Below, in pieces: positions 16,956 through 27,014 of a stretch of 64,000 nucleotides of DNA; positions within the stretch are counted from its first letter, which is position 1, and every line of letters begins with the position of its first letter. This DNA comes from Planctomycetota bacterium. GTDB lineage: Bacteria > Planctomycetota > B15-G4. Location: assembly GCA_965248575.1 (NCBI GenBank), contig CBDFJQ010000002.1, positions 1,536,001-1,600,000 on the forward strand, read 5' to 3'. The position numbers were made by a program, and so were the translations under genes. The notes under the pieces were generated by a model that was not told where the DNA came from, made no database searches, and was given only the letters and a program-made list of their open reading frames with translations.

Positions 16956-18626
16956 CTAGCTGTCGCCGCCGAGGTATCCGAGCGCCCTCAATTCGGCCAC
17001 CACTTCGGGATCCAGATCTTCCAGCTCAAGATTCCCGCCCTCGATGCGTCCCGCCAGGTTCTCGTCCGCGAAGTGCTTCATGAGTTGGCGCAGGCGCGTG
17101 CCGCGCCCCTCGAGGGTGTCGGCCAGGTCCTCGTGTTCACCCGGGTCCTCGTCCAGGCGGTAGTACTCCTCCAAGGTTCCACCCGGCGGCAGCCGCTGGG
17201 CGGGCATCTTCAGGATCGTACCTGGCTCCAACACCACATCTCGTTGGGACTGGCCGGCGGGCACGAGACCAGGGTTGAGGGCCACGATGTCCTGCACGTG
17301 GTTGAGGCGGCCGTAGTTCACGCGCGAGATGGTGGAGATGGTGTCCTTCTTGCGCACCTCGTACTCGAAGGCGTCGGCCTTCGTGCCGTCGTAGGCGCGG
17401 TTGCGGATGAGCTTGGCGTTGCCGTCGCTCACACTCTCGAAGTCCAGCCCCGTGAAGTTCATCTCGGAGTAGGCATAGCTGCCCTCCACTTCCAGCTTGC
17501 CGCTGCGCGCTGCGAGACCCAGGTCGCGACCTTGGAAGTTCTCGGGGATCTCGAGGCCGTAGGCACCCAGGATGGTGGGCGCCAGGTCCACGTGGCTGGC
17601 AAAGGCCTGCACCTTCGCCGGTTGGGGGGCCCCCTCCCGCGGAAAGCGGATCACGAGCGGCACATGCAGCTGCTCCTGATACATGTCGGTGCCGTGGGCT
17701 CGCAGGTTGTGGTCAAAGAGCCCTTCGCCGTGATCCGACGTGACCACCACCAACAGGTCGTCCAGCAGCCCCCGCTCGCGCAAGCCTTCGAACAGCTTGC
17801 CGAGCCAGATGTCGCAGTACCTCACCTCACCTGAGTAGAGCCAGCGCATGCGCGCCTCGTCCGCTTCAGTGCGGTCCTTCCAACCGAGCTGGTCGATGAG
17901 GACGAGGTCGCGCCGACTGCCATTGAAGCGACCTGGCGGCTCGGGCTCCGTCATCAGGTCCGGGTGTGGCAGATAGGGGTCGTGGGGATCGATGTAGTGC
18001 ATGAACAGGAAGAACGGCTGCTCCTGTTCCAGGCTGTCCACCATCTCCAGCCCCTTCTTCGTCACCTCGTCGGCGGTCACCACCGGGAAGTCGTCGGGGT
18101 AGCCGCGCTTGGGAAGGCGCGACACGAACTGCTCGAAACCCTGGGCGAACCCGAAGGTGCTCCCGGCATTGCCGTTGGTGGAGACCGCGAGGCAGCGCAG
18201 GCCGGCGCCCGCCAGGCGTTCCGCGAGCGTCTCCAGCTCGTCCGACAGCACGTCTTGTTTCGTGAGCACGTCGACGGTCGTGGGGTACTGCCCCGTGAAC
18301 ATCGAGGCGAGTGCCGGACGGGTCCAACTGGAGGCTGCGATGGTGTTGTCGAACACCAGGGAGTCTGCCGCCAGGGCATCCAACTCTGGAGTGAGCCCCT
18401 TGTCGGAACCGTGCGCCCCCACGTAGTCGGCCCGCAGGGTGTCCACCACCACGAAGAGCACGCCGCGCGGCGTAGCGCTGGCGGGGACGATCTCCTCCGG
18501 TGGCTGGTCCGGGGCGCTGTCCGAACACGCGAGAACGGCCAGACAACCCGCCCCTAGGAGCGCACGACGAGGCAGTTCAAACAAGCGGTTCAAGGCGGGT
18601 CCAACGGGTGCGGAGAGTCGAGGCAT
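16956..18626 (-). CDS. sulfatase-like (alkaline phosphatase superfamily) lipoprotein with inserted LysM domain
   Basis: VVVDTLRAD, SSWTRPALASMFTG, HYIDPHDPY, TSDHGEG, LRALGYL; lipobox-like VLAC; LysM at ~17202-17367. Start uncertain. Confidence 0.85.
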   Translation of the reverse strand: MPRLSAPVGPALNRLFELPRRALLGAGCLAVLACSDSAPDQPPEEIVPASATPRGVLFVVVDTLRADYVGAHGSDKGLTPELDALAADSLVFDNTIAASSWTRPALASMFTGQYPTTVDVLTKQDVLSDELETLAERLAGAGLRCLAVSTNGNAGSTFGFAQGFEQFVSRLPKRGYPDDFPVVTADEVTKKGLEMVDSLEQEQPFFLFMHYIDPHDPYLPHPDLMTEPEPPGRFNGSRRDLVLIDQLGWKDRTEADEARMRWLYSGEVRYCDIWLGKLFEGLRERGLLDDLLVVVTSDHGEGLFDHNLRAHGTDMYQEQLHVPLVIRFPREGAPQPAKVQAFASHVDLAPTILGAYGLEIPENFQGRDLGLAARSGKLEVEGSYAYSEMNFTGLDFESVSDGNAKLIRNRAYDGTKADAFEYEVRKKDTISTISRVNYGRLNHVQDIVALNPGLVPAGQSQRDVVLEPGTILKMPAQRLPPGGTLEEYYRLDEDPGEHEDLADTLEGRGTRLRQLMKHFADENLAGRIEGGNLELEDLDPEVVAELRALGYLGGDS

Positions 18627-18761
18627 CGTCCGTCCAATCCTCGATGCCAAAGCTGAACAGTCAAGCCCGTATCGGCCGTGAGTGTGCCCGGGCTGCAGGA
18701 GGAACCGACGAGGGTAGGGAGACGTTGCGGAGCGATGCTCCAAGGAATGCCTGGGGATCGG

Positions 18762-19616
18762 CTAGGGCAGAGCGAAGCGCACCCAGACCGGAGCGTGGTC
18801 CGAGAGCCCTGCGTCCTTCTCGATCCAGGCGCCCCGGGCCCGGGACGCCAGGGCCGGGGAGGCCAGCACGTAGTCCAGACGCCAGCCGAGGTCGTTCTCA
18901 CGGGCGCGGCCGCGGTTCGACCACCAGGAATAGAGACCGGCCTCGCCCGGGTGCAGGTCCCGCAACACATCACTCCAACCCTGCGCGAGCAGGGTTCCGA
19001 ACCACTCCCGCTCCTCTGGCAGGAAGCCTGAGTTCTTCTCGTTGCGCTTGGGCGCGTGGATGTCGATCTCGGTGTGGGCGACGTTGAAGTCACCGCAGAT
19101 CAGGGTCGGCCGGCCCTCTTCGAGCAGCTGGGCTGTGTGGGCCAGGAAGTGGTCCATCCAGGCGAACTTTCGCTCCAGACGCTCCTCCGAGGACGAGCCG
19201 CTCGGTACGTAGACATTGATCAAGGTGAGATCGGCCAGCTCCGTGCGCAACACCCGCCCTTCGGCATCGCTCCAGCCCAGGCCCGAGCCTTCGACGTACC
19301 GATCCGCGGCGGCGCGAGTGTAGGTGGCCACGCCCGAGTAGCCCTTCTTTTCGGCGTTGAGCCAGCGCGAGTTGTAGCCCTCGGGGCAGCGCAGGGAGGC
19401 GTCCACCTGGTCCGGCCAGGCACGCACCTCTTGTAGGCAGAGCGCATCGGGCCGCCCTTCCGCCAACCACTCCGCCCAACCCTTCTTCGCCGCGGAGCGC
19501 AGGCCGTTGCAGTTGAGCGAGCAGAGCGTGAAGCCCCGCTCACCTTTCGCGAGCGCGGGGCCCTGATCAAAGAGCGGCGCCGTCTCGGCAGCCTGCTTGC
19601 GTCGCGCAGCGCTCAT
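18762..19616 (-). CDS. xth: exodeoxyribonuclease III / AP endonuclease
   Basis: NCNGLRS, LCLQEV, KKGYSGVA, CGDFNVAH, YSWWSNR, GWRLDY, SDHAPV; ATGA overlap with hisS. Confidence 0.95.
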   Translation of the reverse strand: MSAARRKQAAETAPLFDQGPALAKGERGFTLCSLNCNGLRSAAKKGWAEWLAEGRPDALCLQEVRAWPDQVDASLRCPEGYNSRWLNAEKKGYSGVATYTRAAADRYVEGSGLGWSDAEGRVLRTELADLTLINVYVPSGSSSEERLERKFAWMDHFLAHTAQLLEEGRPTLICGDFNVAHTEIDIHAPKRNEKNSGFLPEEREWFGTLLAQGWSDVLRDLHPGEAGLYSWWSNRGRARENDLGWRLDYVLASPALASRARGAWIEKDAGLSDHAPVWVRFALP

Positions 19617-20929
19617 GACGTGCGGAAGGTCTTGAGCACGGGCGCCTGGCCAGCCTGACACACGGCATAGCTGTCGAAGCCCTGCGCCTGCAGTTCATCC
19701 AACTGCCTGCCCAGCTTCTTGCGGCTGGCGAGGGTCGTCACCGAGCAGGTCTCGCCATCGGCGCCCCGCTCCCTCAACTGGGTGGCATGGGCCATGAGTT
19801 CGCCGTAGTCCGTCTCCGGCCCGTAGAGCAGCGCCACCTTCTTCCAGCGGCGCTGGGGCGCGATGCCCAGGTCCTCCAGCACCATCAGCACGCGCTCGAA
19901 GCCGATGGAGAAGCCACAGGCCGGAACGTCCTTGCCGGAGATGCTGCCGATCATGCGGTCGTAGCGGCCCCCTCCCGCCATGGAGAACGGATAGCCCTCC
20001 ATGCTCACCTCGAAGATCACGCCGGTGTAGTAGCCCATGCCGCGCACGAGGGTCGGGTCGATCTCGACGGCGACGCCGTCCGGCAGGGAGCTGGTCGCCA
20101 CGTCCATCAACTGCATGAGTTCCGCTTCGATGACGCCCGCCGGGTTCGTGTCCGCGTCGTTACCGGCGCCTGTACAGGCGGCGCGATAGGCGTCCACCGC
20201 CTCGGCGGCCTTCCCGTCCGCCACGCATTGCAGCATGGCCGTGGCTCGCTCGATGGCTGCGTCCGGGTGGCCCTTGCCCAGCAGTTCCTTGCGCACGCCA
20301 TCGACACCGATCTTGTCCAGCTTGTCGATGGTGATGAACACCTCGCCCGAGCGCTCAGCGTCAAAACCACAGCCCTCAACAAAAGCGGTCAGCATGCGCC
20401 GATCGTTCACCCGCACGCGCAGACCTTTCAGGCCGAGTGCATTGAGCGCCCTCACGGTGGCCCGGATGAGTTCGATCTCTGCCAGCACCGACGCCTCGCC
20501 CAGGATGTCGATGTCGCATTGGGTGAACTGTCGGTAGCGCCCTTTCTGAGGGCGCTCGGCCCGCCACACCGGCCCGATCTGGATGGACCGGAAGGGAGCA
20601 GGGAGCTCCGCCGCGTGCTCAGCGTAGAAGCGCGCCAAGGGCACGGTCAGATCGTAGCGCAGGCCGAAGTCCACCAGGTCGTCCGCGCTCTGGGCGGCGG
20701 ACAGGTCCAACTTGTCGCCCCGCTTCAGCACCTTGTAGATGAGCTTCTCGTTGTCGCCGCCCTCGCCGCTGCTGAGCAGGGCGATGTGCTCGAGGGCCGG
20801 GGTCTCCACGCGCCGGAAGCCGAAGCGCTCATAGGCTTCGAGAATCACCCGGGTGGCATCGTCGCGCCGCTCGACCTGGTCGGGGAGCAGGTCACGCATG
20901 CCCCGGGCGGGCGCGGTGTTCTTCTTCAC
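19613..20929 (-). CDS. hisS: histidine--tRNA ligase
   Basis: RGMRDLLP, LRYDLTVPLAR, WRAERPQKGRYRQFTQCD, LVRGMGYYTG, GGGRYD, GFSIGFER. Confidence 0.96.
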   Translation of the reverse strand: MKKNTAPARGMRDLLPDQVERRDDATRVILEAYERFGFRRVETPALEHIALLSSGEGGDNEKLIYKVLKRGDKLDLSAAQSADDLVDFGLRYDLTVPLARFYAEHAAELPAPFRSIQIGPVWRAERPQKGRYRQFTQCDIDILGEASVLAEIELIRATVRALNALGLKGLRVRVNDRRMLTAFVEGCGFDAERSGEVFITIDKLDKIGVDGVRKELLGKGHPDAAIERATAMLQCVADGKAAEAVDAYRAACTGAGNDADTNPAGVIEAELMQLMDVATSSLPDGVAVEIDPTLVRGMGYYTGVIFEVSMEGYPFSMAGGGRYDRMIGSISGKDVPACGFSIGFERVLMVLEDLGIAPQRRWKKVALLYGPETDYGELMAHATQLRERGADGETCSVTTLASRKKLGRQLDELQAQGFDSYAVCQAGQAPVLKTFRTS

Positions 20930-21011
20930 GACAGGTCTCCGGCTTCACGGTTCGAGGAAGCGGCGCATCCTACCTCCCTGCCCGCTCACAATCGATTCGT
21001 GGAGCGGACCT

Positions 21012-22550
21012 TCAGCGCGTCCAGCTCAGCCACTTGCCCATGAGGCTCGCGACCAGGGGCGTCAGGCGGGTGCGGTTGTACTGGTCGCCCACCCGACGGA
21101 TGGCCTCGGCCTGGGTGGGATAGGGATGGATGGTGTTGGCCACCGTCCCCAGGCCGACCTTGCCCACCATGGCCACGCTCAACTCGGAAATCATCTCGCC
21201 CGCGTGGCGGGCGACAATGGTCGCCCCCAGGATCTGATCCTTGCCCTTGGCGGTGATGATCTTCACGAAGCCCTCGTCCTCGCCATCCAAGATGGCCCGG
21301 TCCACATCCTCCAAGGGCTGCTCGAAGACGTCCACGTCGATGCCCTGCTCGGCGGCGTCCTTCTCGTAGAGGCCCACGTGGGCGATCTCGGGGTCGGTGT
21401 AGGTGCACCACGGGATGGTCAGGGCCGAAGCCTTGGACTTGCCCCCGAACAGGGCGTTGCGGATCACGATGCGCGCCATGAAGTCCGCGGTGTGGGTGAA
21501 CTGGAAGCGCGAGCAGATGTCGCCAGCGGCAAAGATCTTGGGGTTGGTCGTGCGCAGGTTGTCGTCCACCTGCACGCCCTTGCGTTCGTCGAAGGCGACG
21601 CCCGCCACGTCCAGGCCCAGGCCGTGCACATTGGGCGCCCGGCCGACACCCACCAGGATCTCGTCCACGCGCAGGGTCTTGGTCTCGCCCCCCTGCTGGA
21701 GATGCAGCACCTTTTCATCGCCGTCCTGCTCGACGTTCAAGGTCTTGGTGGACAGCAAGAGTTGGATGCCGTCCTGCTCGAAGGCCTTCTGCACGACGGC
21801 CGCCGCGTCCGGGTCTTCGCGCATGAGGATGTGATCGCCCAGCTCGATGATGGTCACCTCGCTGCCGAAGCGCGCAAAGGACTGGGCCATCTCGCTGCCA
21901 ATCGGGCCCGAGCCGATGATGGCCAGGCGCCGGGGAAGCTCGGTCAAGCTGAACAGCGTCTCGTTGGTGAGATAGCCCGTCTGCTCCAGACCGGGGATCG
22001 GCGGCGCCGCCGCGCGGCCTCCGGTGGCGATGACCGCCTTCTTGAACATCAGGGTCTGGCCCGCCACCTCCACACGATCCGGACCGGTGAAGCGCCCACC
22101 CCCGAGGAAGATGTCGACGCCCAGGTCCGAGAAACGCTGGGCGGAATCGTTAGGCGCGATGCGCGCCCGCAGCTTGCGCATGCGTTCCATGACCTTGCCG
22201 AAGTCCACCTGCACGCCGTCAGGCACATGGATGCCGTATTCGCCAGCATCGCGCACCTCAGCGGCGCGTCGCGCCGCGGAGATGAGCCCCTTGCTGGGGA
22301 CACAGCCGACGTTCAGGCAGTCGCCGCCCATGAAGTGCTTCTCGATCAGGGCGACCTTGGCGCCCAGGCCCGCAGCCCCCACGGCCGAGACCAGACCCGC
22401 CGTGCCGCCGCCGATGACCACCATGTTGTAGCGGCCGTCGGGGGTCGGGTTCTTCCAGTCGGCTGGGTGGACATGCCCGACCAGCGTCCGGTTGTGTTCG
22501 TCGTCCGGCAGCATGGTCGGCGAATCGGATGAGTCACTCATGGTCGTCAC
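21012..22550 (-). CDS. flavin-disulfide oxidoreductase (mercuric reductase/lipoamide dehydrogenase-like)
   Basis: GGGTAG, GGDCLNVGCVPSK redox disulfide, GSGPIG.E, HPYPTQAE. Confidence 0.9.
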   Translation of the reverse strand: MTTMSDSSDSPTMLPDDEHNRTLVGHVHPADWKNPTPDGRYNMVVIGGGTAGLVSAVGAAGLGAKVALIEKHFMGGDCLNVGCVPSKGLISAARRAAEVRDAGEYGIHVPDGVQVDFGKVMERMRKLRARIAPNDSAQRFSDLGVDIFLGGGRFTGPDRVEVAGQTLMFKKAVIATGGRAAAPPIPGLEQTGYLTNETLFSLTELPRRLAIIGSGPIGSEMAQSFARFGSEVTIIELGDHILMREDPDAAAVVQKAFEQDGIQLLLSTKTLNVEQDGDEKVLHLQQGGETKTLRVDEILVGVGRAPNVHGLGLDVAGVAFDERKGVQVDDNLRTTNPKIFAAGDICSRFQFTHTADFMARIVIRNALFGGKSKASALTIPWCTYTDPEIAHVGLYEKDAAEQGIDVDVFEQPLEDVDRAILDGEDEGFVKIITAKGKDQILGATIVARHAGEMISELSVAMVGKVGLGTVANTIHPYPTQAEAIRRVGDQYNRTRLTPLVASLMGKWLSWTR

Positions 22551-23299
22551 TGGCTGACCTCCTTATCGAGCGCCTTGCGGGCGATGCGGGTCACGTAGAC
22601 CGTCACCACGATGGTGGCAACGAGGCCCACGACCTTGAGTGCCGTCTGTGCGGGGCTTCCGCCCTGCTCCGTCGCCACCACGTCCTTGGCGGCCGAACCC
22701 AGATAGACGTACATGATGGTGCCCGGGATCATCCCCACCCAGGACGCCAGGAAGTAGTTGCGGAAGGACACCGCCGTCAGGCCGTAGGCGTAGTTGAGGA
22801 TGCTGAACGGAAAGACCGGGGAGAGACGGGTCAGGAACACGATCTTGAAACCCTCGCGCCCCACCGCCTCATCCACCGCGGCGAAGCGTTCGTTGCCCGC
22901 GACCTTCTTCTCCACCCAGGCCCGTGCCACGTAGCGGCCCACCAGGAAGGCCGCGGCCGCCCCGAGGGTTGCGGCCACGGAGACGGTGATGGAACCCTTG
23001 ACCACACCGAAGGCCGCCCCCGCACCGAGTGTCAGGATCGAGCCGGGGATCAGGAAGACGCAGGCCACGATGTACATGCCTACGAGAGCAACGGGCCCCC
23101 ACCATCCGAGGCCGTCCACCCAGTCCAGCGCGGCAGTCATCCATTCGTCGATGGGCAGCAACACGAGGGCTGCAACGAGAGCCGCCACCACCAGGATGGC
23201 GGGCAGCAGCTTGGAACGCCCTTGCGGTGCAGCGCTCGCGGTGTCCGCAGGCGGCACGGCCGATGCAGCTGCGGCGCTCGTATCCGGCGCATCCGACAT
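22547..23299 (-). CDS. TVP38/TMEM64 (DedA/SNARE-associated) membrane protein
   Basis: IPGSILTLGAGAAFG, LGAAAAFLVGRY, RLSPVFPFSILNYAYGLT; overlaps the next gene by 4 nt. Confidence 0.92.
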   Translation of the reverse strand: MSDAPDTSAAAASAVPPADTASAAPQGRSKLLPAILVVAALVAALVLLPIDEWMTAALDWVDGLGWWGPVALVGMYIVACVFLIPGSILTLGAGAAFGVVKGSITVSVAATLGAAAAFLVGRYVARAWVEKKVAGNERFAAVDEAVGREGFKIVFLTRLSPVFPFSILNYAYGLTAVSFRNYFLASWVGMIPGTIMYVYLGSAAKDVVATEQGGSPAQTALKVVGLVATIVVTVYVTRIARKALDKEVSQ

Positions 23300-23681
23300 G
23301 TGTCCAGCTCCTTGCGTGAGTTCCCAAGACCGACCGGGTCTAGCAGCACCCGGGATGTTGCCCTGTTCCCCGGATATTGCCTGGAAGCAGGGCGCCGATC
23401 ACGGCTGCCTTGAAGCCAACCTTCATTCTCGGCGCCTCAGCCGATGCACGACGCAGGCGCGACGTGCTCAACGGGGGCGTCTGATGCCGCGCCGAGTCTC
23501 GGTGTTTCGCTGTTTCTCCTGAACCCGCACTGGCACCCAAAGCCATGGGTCGGTCCAAGGATCTGCGCCCGGATCTTTCTGGATGGTCTATGCTCGCTGG
23601 CATCGGACACGGGGGTGTCCATCTCTTGGAAGAGAACACCGACTGCGGGCGCTTCGTCGCCCCGAACTGCGAGGGGGATCC

Positions 23682-25163
23682 GTGCGACCCACCACGATCG
23701 GCTGGTTGTTGGGCTTGGGGCTTGGGACCTGTGTTCTGGGATGTCGAGAGCAAGACCCCCAACCGGATGCCCCCGGAACAAACTCCGAGGCGGGAGTCGA
23801 CGACGAATCCGTCGAATCCTTGGTCGGCTCGTCGCCAGCGCCCGCTGGTTGGCCCGCAGGACTCCCGCTACCCACGCTCTCCGGTCGACTGCCCCTGTCC
23901 GTGCCGCTGCCAACTACGGCCAACACACCCGTGCAGGCACGACCGGGCTTCGACCGTTTCTCCTGGCAGTCCTTCATCGCCTTGAATTGGCCGGCCGGCA
24001 CAAAGCGGGGCACGCCCCTCGACCCCGATGACCCCCACGCACTGATGCGGCCCGGCGCGGCCGACTCCACGGTCTGGAGCACCTACAAAGAAGCCTACGA
24101 GCTGTTCTCCCAGGGCAGCGAACGGCCGTCCTCATGGGAGTCGGCAGAAGTCCCAGTGAACCCATGCCCCGCTGCCGACGGCGCCACCCGCTTCATGGCC
24201 ATGCCCACCACTGGTGGCACTCTCCTGGGTGAGGTGAACGAGGCCTTCTCCTTCCCACTCATCGATCAGCAGAACAACTACGCCTGGAGCGAAGTGCGCT
24301 TCAACAAGGCGCAGTACGAGTTCATCCGGGGGGAGGACGGAGACGAGAACCAAGACACCTGGCTCTACCTCGTTCCCAATCTCTTCCAGGCACAACAGGC
24401 GGCAGGCGACAAGGGGCTGCAGATGCCCGCGAGCTCGGCGCCCAGCACCGAGGGAGCCCTGATGATCAAGGCCACCTGGCGCATCCTGCCCAAGGGAGCG
24501 GACACCAGCCGTTACTACACCGTGCGCGCCCAGCTCTATGACGAACTCGACCCCGACAAGCCCGACTGCACGACGGCGACCATGGGCTTGGTGGGCATGC
24601 ACATCGTGCAGAAGCTCGAGAACTTCCCGCAGTGGATCTGGTCCAGCTTCGAGCAAGTGGACAACATCGAGCTGGGGCCCGGCGCACCGGACGGCTTGAC
24701 GCCCAGCTTCTTCGACGGCAAGCCCATGTCGAAGCAGGCCCGAGAGCAGGGCTTCAGCAATCGACCGAAGGACAAGGTGCCTCCGCTCCTGCCCGCGACC
24801 AAGAGGAGCCCGGTCCAGGTGGCACGCGTCAACCCCATCCCCACGACACCTGCGGGCGCCTCCACCGTGGACATGAACCGCATCTATCAAGAGCTCCTGG
24901 ATGGCACGGTCTGGAGTCACTACCAACTGGTCATCACCCAGTGGCCCACCGAAGGCTCGCAGTTCGTCCTCCCGAGTCAGGGGGGCATCTATCCCCAGGA
25001 CGCTGGCGCGGCCTTTCCGGCCAAGGGCTGCACGAATGTGGTCATGGAGACCTACCTCCAGAACGACGACCTCTCCGGCGGTTTCGGGAACAACTGCATG
25101 GAGTGCCATTACCGGGCGGCCAAGTCCGACTTCAGCATGGTCCTGCAGAACCGGGCGCACTGA
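23682..25163 (+). CDS. uncharacterised lipoprotein with single C-terminal c-type heme motif
   Basis: GAGGGGG SD then GTG; lipobox VLGC; CMECH near the C-terminus; conserved-looking FSWQSFIALNWP, IKATWR, GMHIVQK, WIWSSFEQ. Confidence 0.75.
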   Translation: MRPTTIGWLLGLGLGTCVLGCREQDPQPDAPGTNSEAGVDDESVESLVGSSPAPAGWPAGLPLPTLSGRLPLSVPLPTTANTPVQARPGFDRFSWQSFIALNWPAGTKRGTPLDPDDPHALMRPGAADSTVWSTYKEAYELFSQGSERPSSWESAEVPVNPCPAADGATRFMAMPTTGGTLLGEVNEAFSFPLIDQQNNYAWSEVRFNKAQYEFIRGEDGDENQDTWLYLVPNLFQAQQAAGDKGLQMPASSAPSTEGALMIKATWRILPKGADTSRYYTVRAQLYDELDPDKPDCTTATMGLVGMHIVQKLENFPQWIWSSFEQVDNIELGPGAPDGLTPSFFDGKPMSKQAREQGFSNRPKDKVPPLLPATKRSPVQVARVNPIPTTPAGASTVDMNRIYQELLDGTVWSHYQLVITQWPTEGSQFVLPSQGGIYPQDAGAAFPAKGCTNVVMETYLQNDDLSGGFGNNCMECHYRAAKSDFSMVLQNRAH

Positions 25164-25186
25164 GTGCCGCCCCAGGAGACGACAGC

Positions 25187-26977
25187 ATGACAGCCAGCAA
25201 TTCGACGGCTTCGGGTTGGTCGACCTATCACGGCGACGTGGCTCGAACGGGCTGCGCGCCGGACGGCAGCTCCAACATCACGGCGGCCAACGTCGCGCAA
25301 CTCAAGGAGCTCCACAGCCTGGAGATCGGCGGCTGCATCCTCTCGGTCCCCGCGGTGGCGAATGGCTTCGTCTACGTCGGGACGGCGAACGGCATGCAAC
25401 GAGAGCAACGCGTCCAGGCCAACGGCGGGACGTTCCAGAAGATCGATCTGGCCACAGGGGAGATCGTGCTCACCTTCGGTTGGGAAACGGAGCGCACGGA
25501 GGGCGACATCCACGGCTTCACGGGCATGGGCTGCACACCGGCGATCGTCGACGGCCTGGTCTACTTCAGCGCCTTCAACGGCAAGCTCTACTGCCTGGAT
25601 GACGCGAGCTTCGAGCTGGTCTGGGTCACGGACCTGCGGTGCGCGGACCCCATCCAGCGCCAGCCCATCACCAACACCGTCGGCGTGGACGACGACCCCC
25701 CCAGCGCACAGGCCGAGGGCTGGTGCTCTCCGCTCGTGGTGAACGGTCGCGTGTTCGTCGGCCTCGGCGAAGGCGAGAACCCGGACCTCTACGCCTTCAT
25801 CTACTGCTTGGACGCCAAAACGGGCGTGGTGGACTGGATCCTCTGCACGAATCAGCTGGATCCCTGTGTGCCGATCAACAAGCCGAACGTCCTGCCCAAA
25901 GCTGTGGTGAAGTGCCCTCTGCCCAGCGGCTTCACGACCTATGACGACCCCGTGCCCGCCAACATGATGGGCTGCTGCGTGTGGACGGCCATCAGCTACG
26001 ACGCCGAACTCAACCGCCTCTACTGTGCGACCGGCAACTTCCCCAACAGCGAAGAAGAGAAGCTCTTTGGCGTCCAGGGCAACGTGCTCCCAGCTCCAGG
26101 TTATGCCTACAGCGTGATGTCCCTGGACGCGGCGACGGGCGAGATCATCAACATCTTCCAGGCCCCTCCGGAAAGCAGCTACCGCTGCTCCGACCTCGAC
26201 GTCGACTTCGGCGCCTCGCCCGTCATCTTCATGCGTGGCGGTCAGAAGCTCGTGGCTGCAGCCTGCAAGAACGGCGGTCTCTTCCTCCTGGATGCCGAGA
26301 CGCTCGAACTCGTGGAGTGGACTCAACTCCTGCCGTTCCGTAACAACGCCAAGAATACGGGCAAGACCGGTGAGCAGATCACGACCGTCGATCCCCATGG
26401 GGACGACGAGGCCAACAACCCGCATCCCGTCGTCAGCAACGAGCAGTCGAACAAGACGCCGGCCGAGAACTTCCACGGCACCTACTCGACCCCGGCCATC
26501 GACCCCAAGTTGGGGCGCATCTTCGTGGGCACCGGCGGGAACAACTACCACTGGGTGGCCTCGGGCATCGACACGCCCACCACGCCCTTCATGCGCGCCT
26601 ACGATTGGACGGAGCTGAAGGACGCCTGGGAGCTCGACGACGGCGACCCCCAGCGCTACGTCAACGCAGGTGCACCCAAGGGGCCCATGTACAAGCAGGC
26701 TGGTGAAGCAGGGCTCTCCTCTCCCGCCGTGGTCAACGACCTCGTGTTCTGCTCCACCTCGAAGATCGCGCTCTATGCCTTCAGCACGGCAGACGGGACC
26801 TGTTTGTGGGAGCAGGCGCTGGGCATGCAATCCGGTGGGTTCAGCGGCGGCTACGGCTACTGCCTGGGCCCTGCCGTGTGCGGTGACTTCGTGGTCGCCG
26901 GCGCCCTCGTGAACGGGCGCGATGGAGGTGTCTTGAAGATCTACGGCTTGGACCAGCCCGCCGGACCGAAAGCCTAA
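25187..26977 (+). CDS. PQQ-binding-like beta-propeller protein, Cys-rich
   Basis: AGGAGA SD; WSTYHGD..RTG; repeats SVPAVANG.VYVG, TPAIVDG, YCLDAKTG.V.W, DLDVDFGASP, SSPAVVND; no signal peptide. Confidence 0.8.
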   Translation: MTASNSTASGWSTYHGDVARTGCAPDGSSNITAANVAQLKELHSLEIGGCILSVPAVANGFVYVGTANGMQREQRVQANGGTFQKIDLATGEIVLTFGWETERTEGDIHGFTGMGCTPAIVDGLVYFSAFNGKLYCLDDASFELVWVTDLRCADPIQRQPITNTVGVDDDPPSAQAEGWCSPLVVNGRVFVGLGEGENPDLYAFIYCLDAKTGVVDWILCTNQLDPCVPINKPNVLPKAVVKCPLPSGFTTYDDPVPANMMGCCVWTAISYDAELNRLYCATGNFPNSEEEKLFGVQGNVLPAPGYAYSVMSLDAATGEIINIFQAPPESSYRCSDLDVDFGASPVIFMRGGQKLVAAACKNGGLFLLDAETLELVEWTQLLPFRNNAKNTGKTGEQITTVDPHGDDEANNPHPVVSNEQSNKTPAENFHGTYSTPAIDPKLGRIFVGTGGNNYHWVASGIDTPTTPFMRAYDWTELKDAWELDDGDPQRYVNAGAPKGPMYKQAGEAGLSSPAVVNDLVFCSTSKIALYAFSTADGTCLWEQALGMQSGGFSGGYGYCLGPAVCGDFVVAGALVNGRDGGVLKIYGLDQPAGPKA

Positions 26978-27014
26978 CTGCAGCTGCGGCCTCGGCCGCC
27001 AAGGAGGAACACCC

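Noticed and set aside
21012..22550. True mercuric reductase merA
   Set aside because: No C-terminal Cys-Cys, no N-terminal metal-binding domain and no mer genes; pairing with a DedA/TVP38 gene is a common arrangement
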